Of a stretch of DNA of 64,000 bases, positions 63,845 to 64,000 are shown one piece after another. The notes beneath the pieces were generated by a model. That model did not search any database. It saw only the letters and a list, made by a program, of their open reading frames with translations, and was not told the DNA's origin. This stretch comes from Eledone cirrhosa (Eukaryota). How positions within the stretch are numbered: the stretch's first letter is position 1; every line of letters begins with the position of its first letter. The stretch is taken from the NCBI GenBank assembly GCA_964016885.1, contig OZ024764.1, positions 24,366,001 through 24,430,000 of the forward strand, given 5' to 3'. The position numbers were made by a program, and so were the translations under genes.

Positions 63845-64000
63845 TGTGTAATTAAGAGACCCTCTATCACCTGAGGTAATGACTTCTCTGCTATGATAAT
63901 TTTTAGAGGCTTACAGCAACATTCCCTGTTGTAGTGTGTAATTAAGGGACCCTCTATCCCATGCGGTAATTCTATGAGTGTCTAGTCTCAGAAATTTTAG

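Overview
Eukaryotic, AT-rich, repeat-dense DNA; the content (clustered KRAB-less C2H2 zinc-finger genes, tRNA-derived SINEs, RTE LINEs, long (TA)n tracts) suggests an octopus/coleoid cephalopod ZNF cluster (inference). Three + strand tandem C2H2 genes (19, 11 and 18 fingers) sit among RTE LINE fragments, SINEs, a full-length dead mariner, Merlin fragments, MITEs and several minisatellites, four of which visibly grew from pieces of those TEs. The main unannotated signal: at least 13 minimal type-I hammerhead ribozyme motifs from several sequence families (stem I-CUGANGA-stem II-GAAA-short, mostly palindromic stem III-UH-stem I). Many lie in fold-back (inverted) units next to (TA)n tracts, and a decayed Penelope-like GIY-YIG endonuclease, missing from the ORF track, is also present. 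All alignments, translations and folds were done by eye, so boundaries are approximate.
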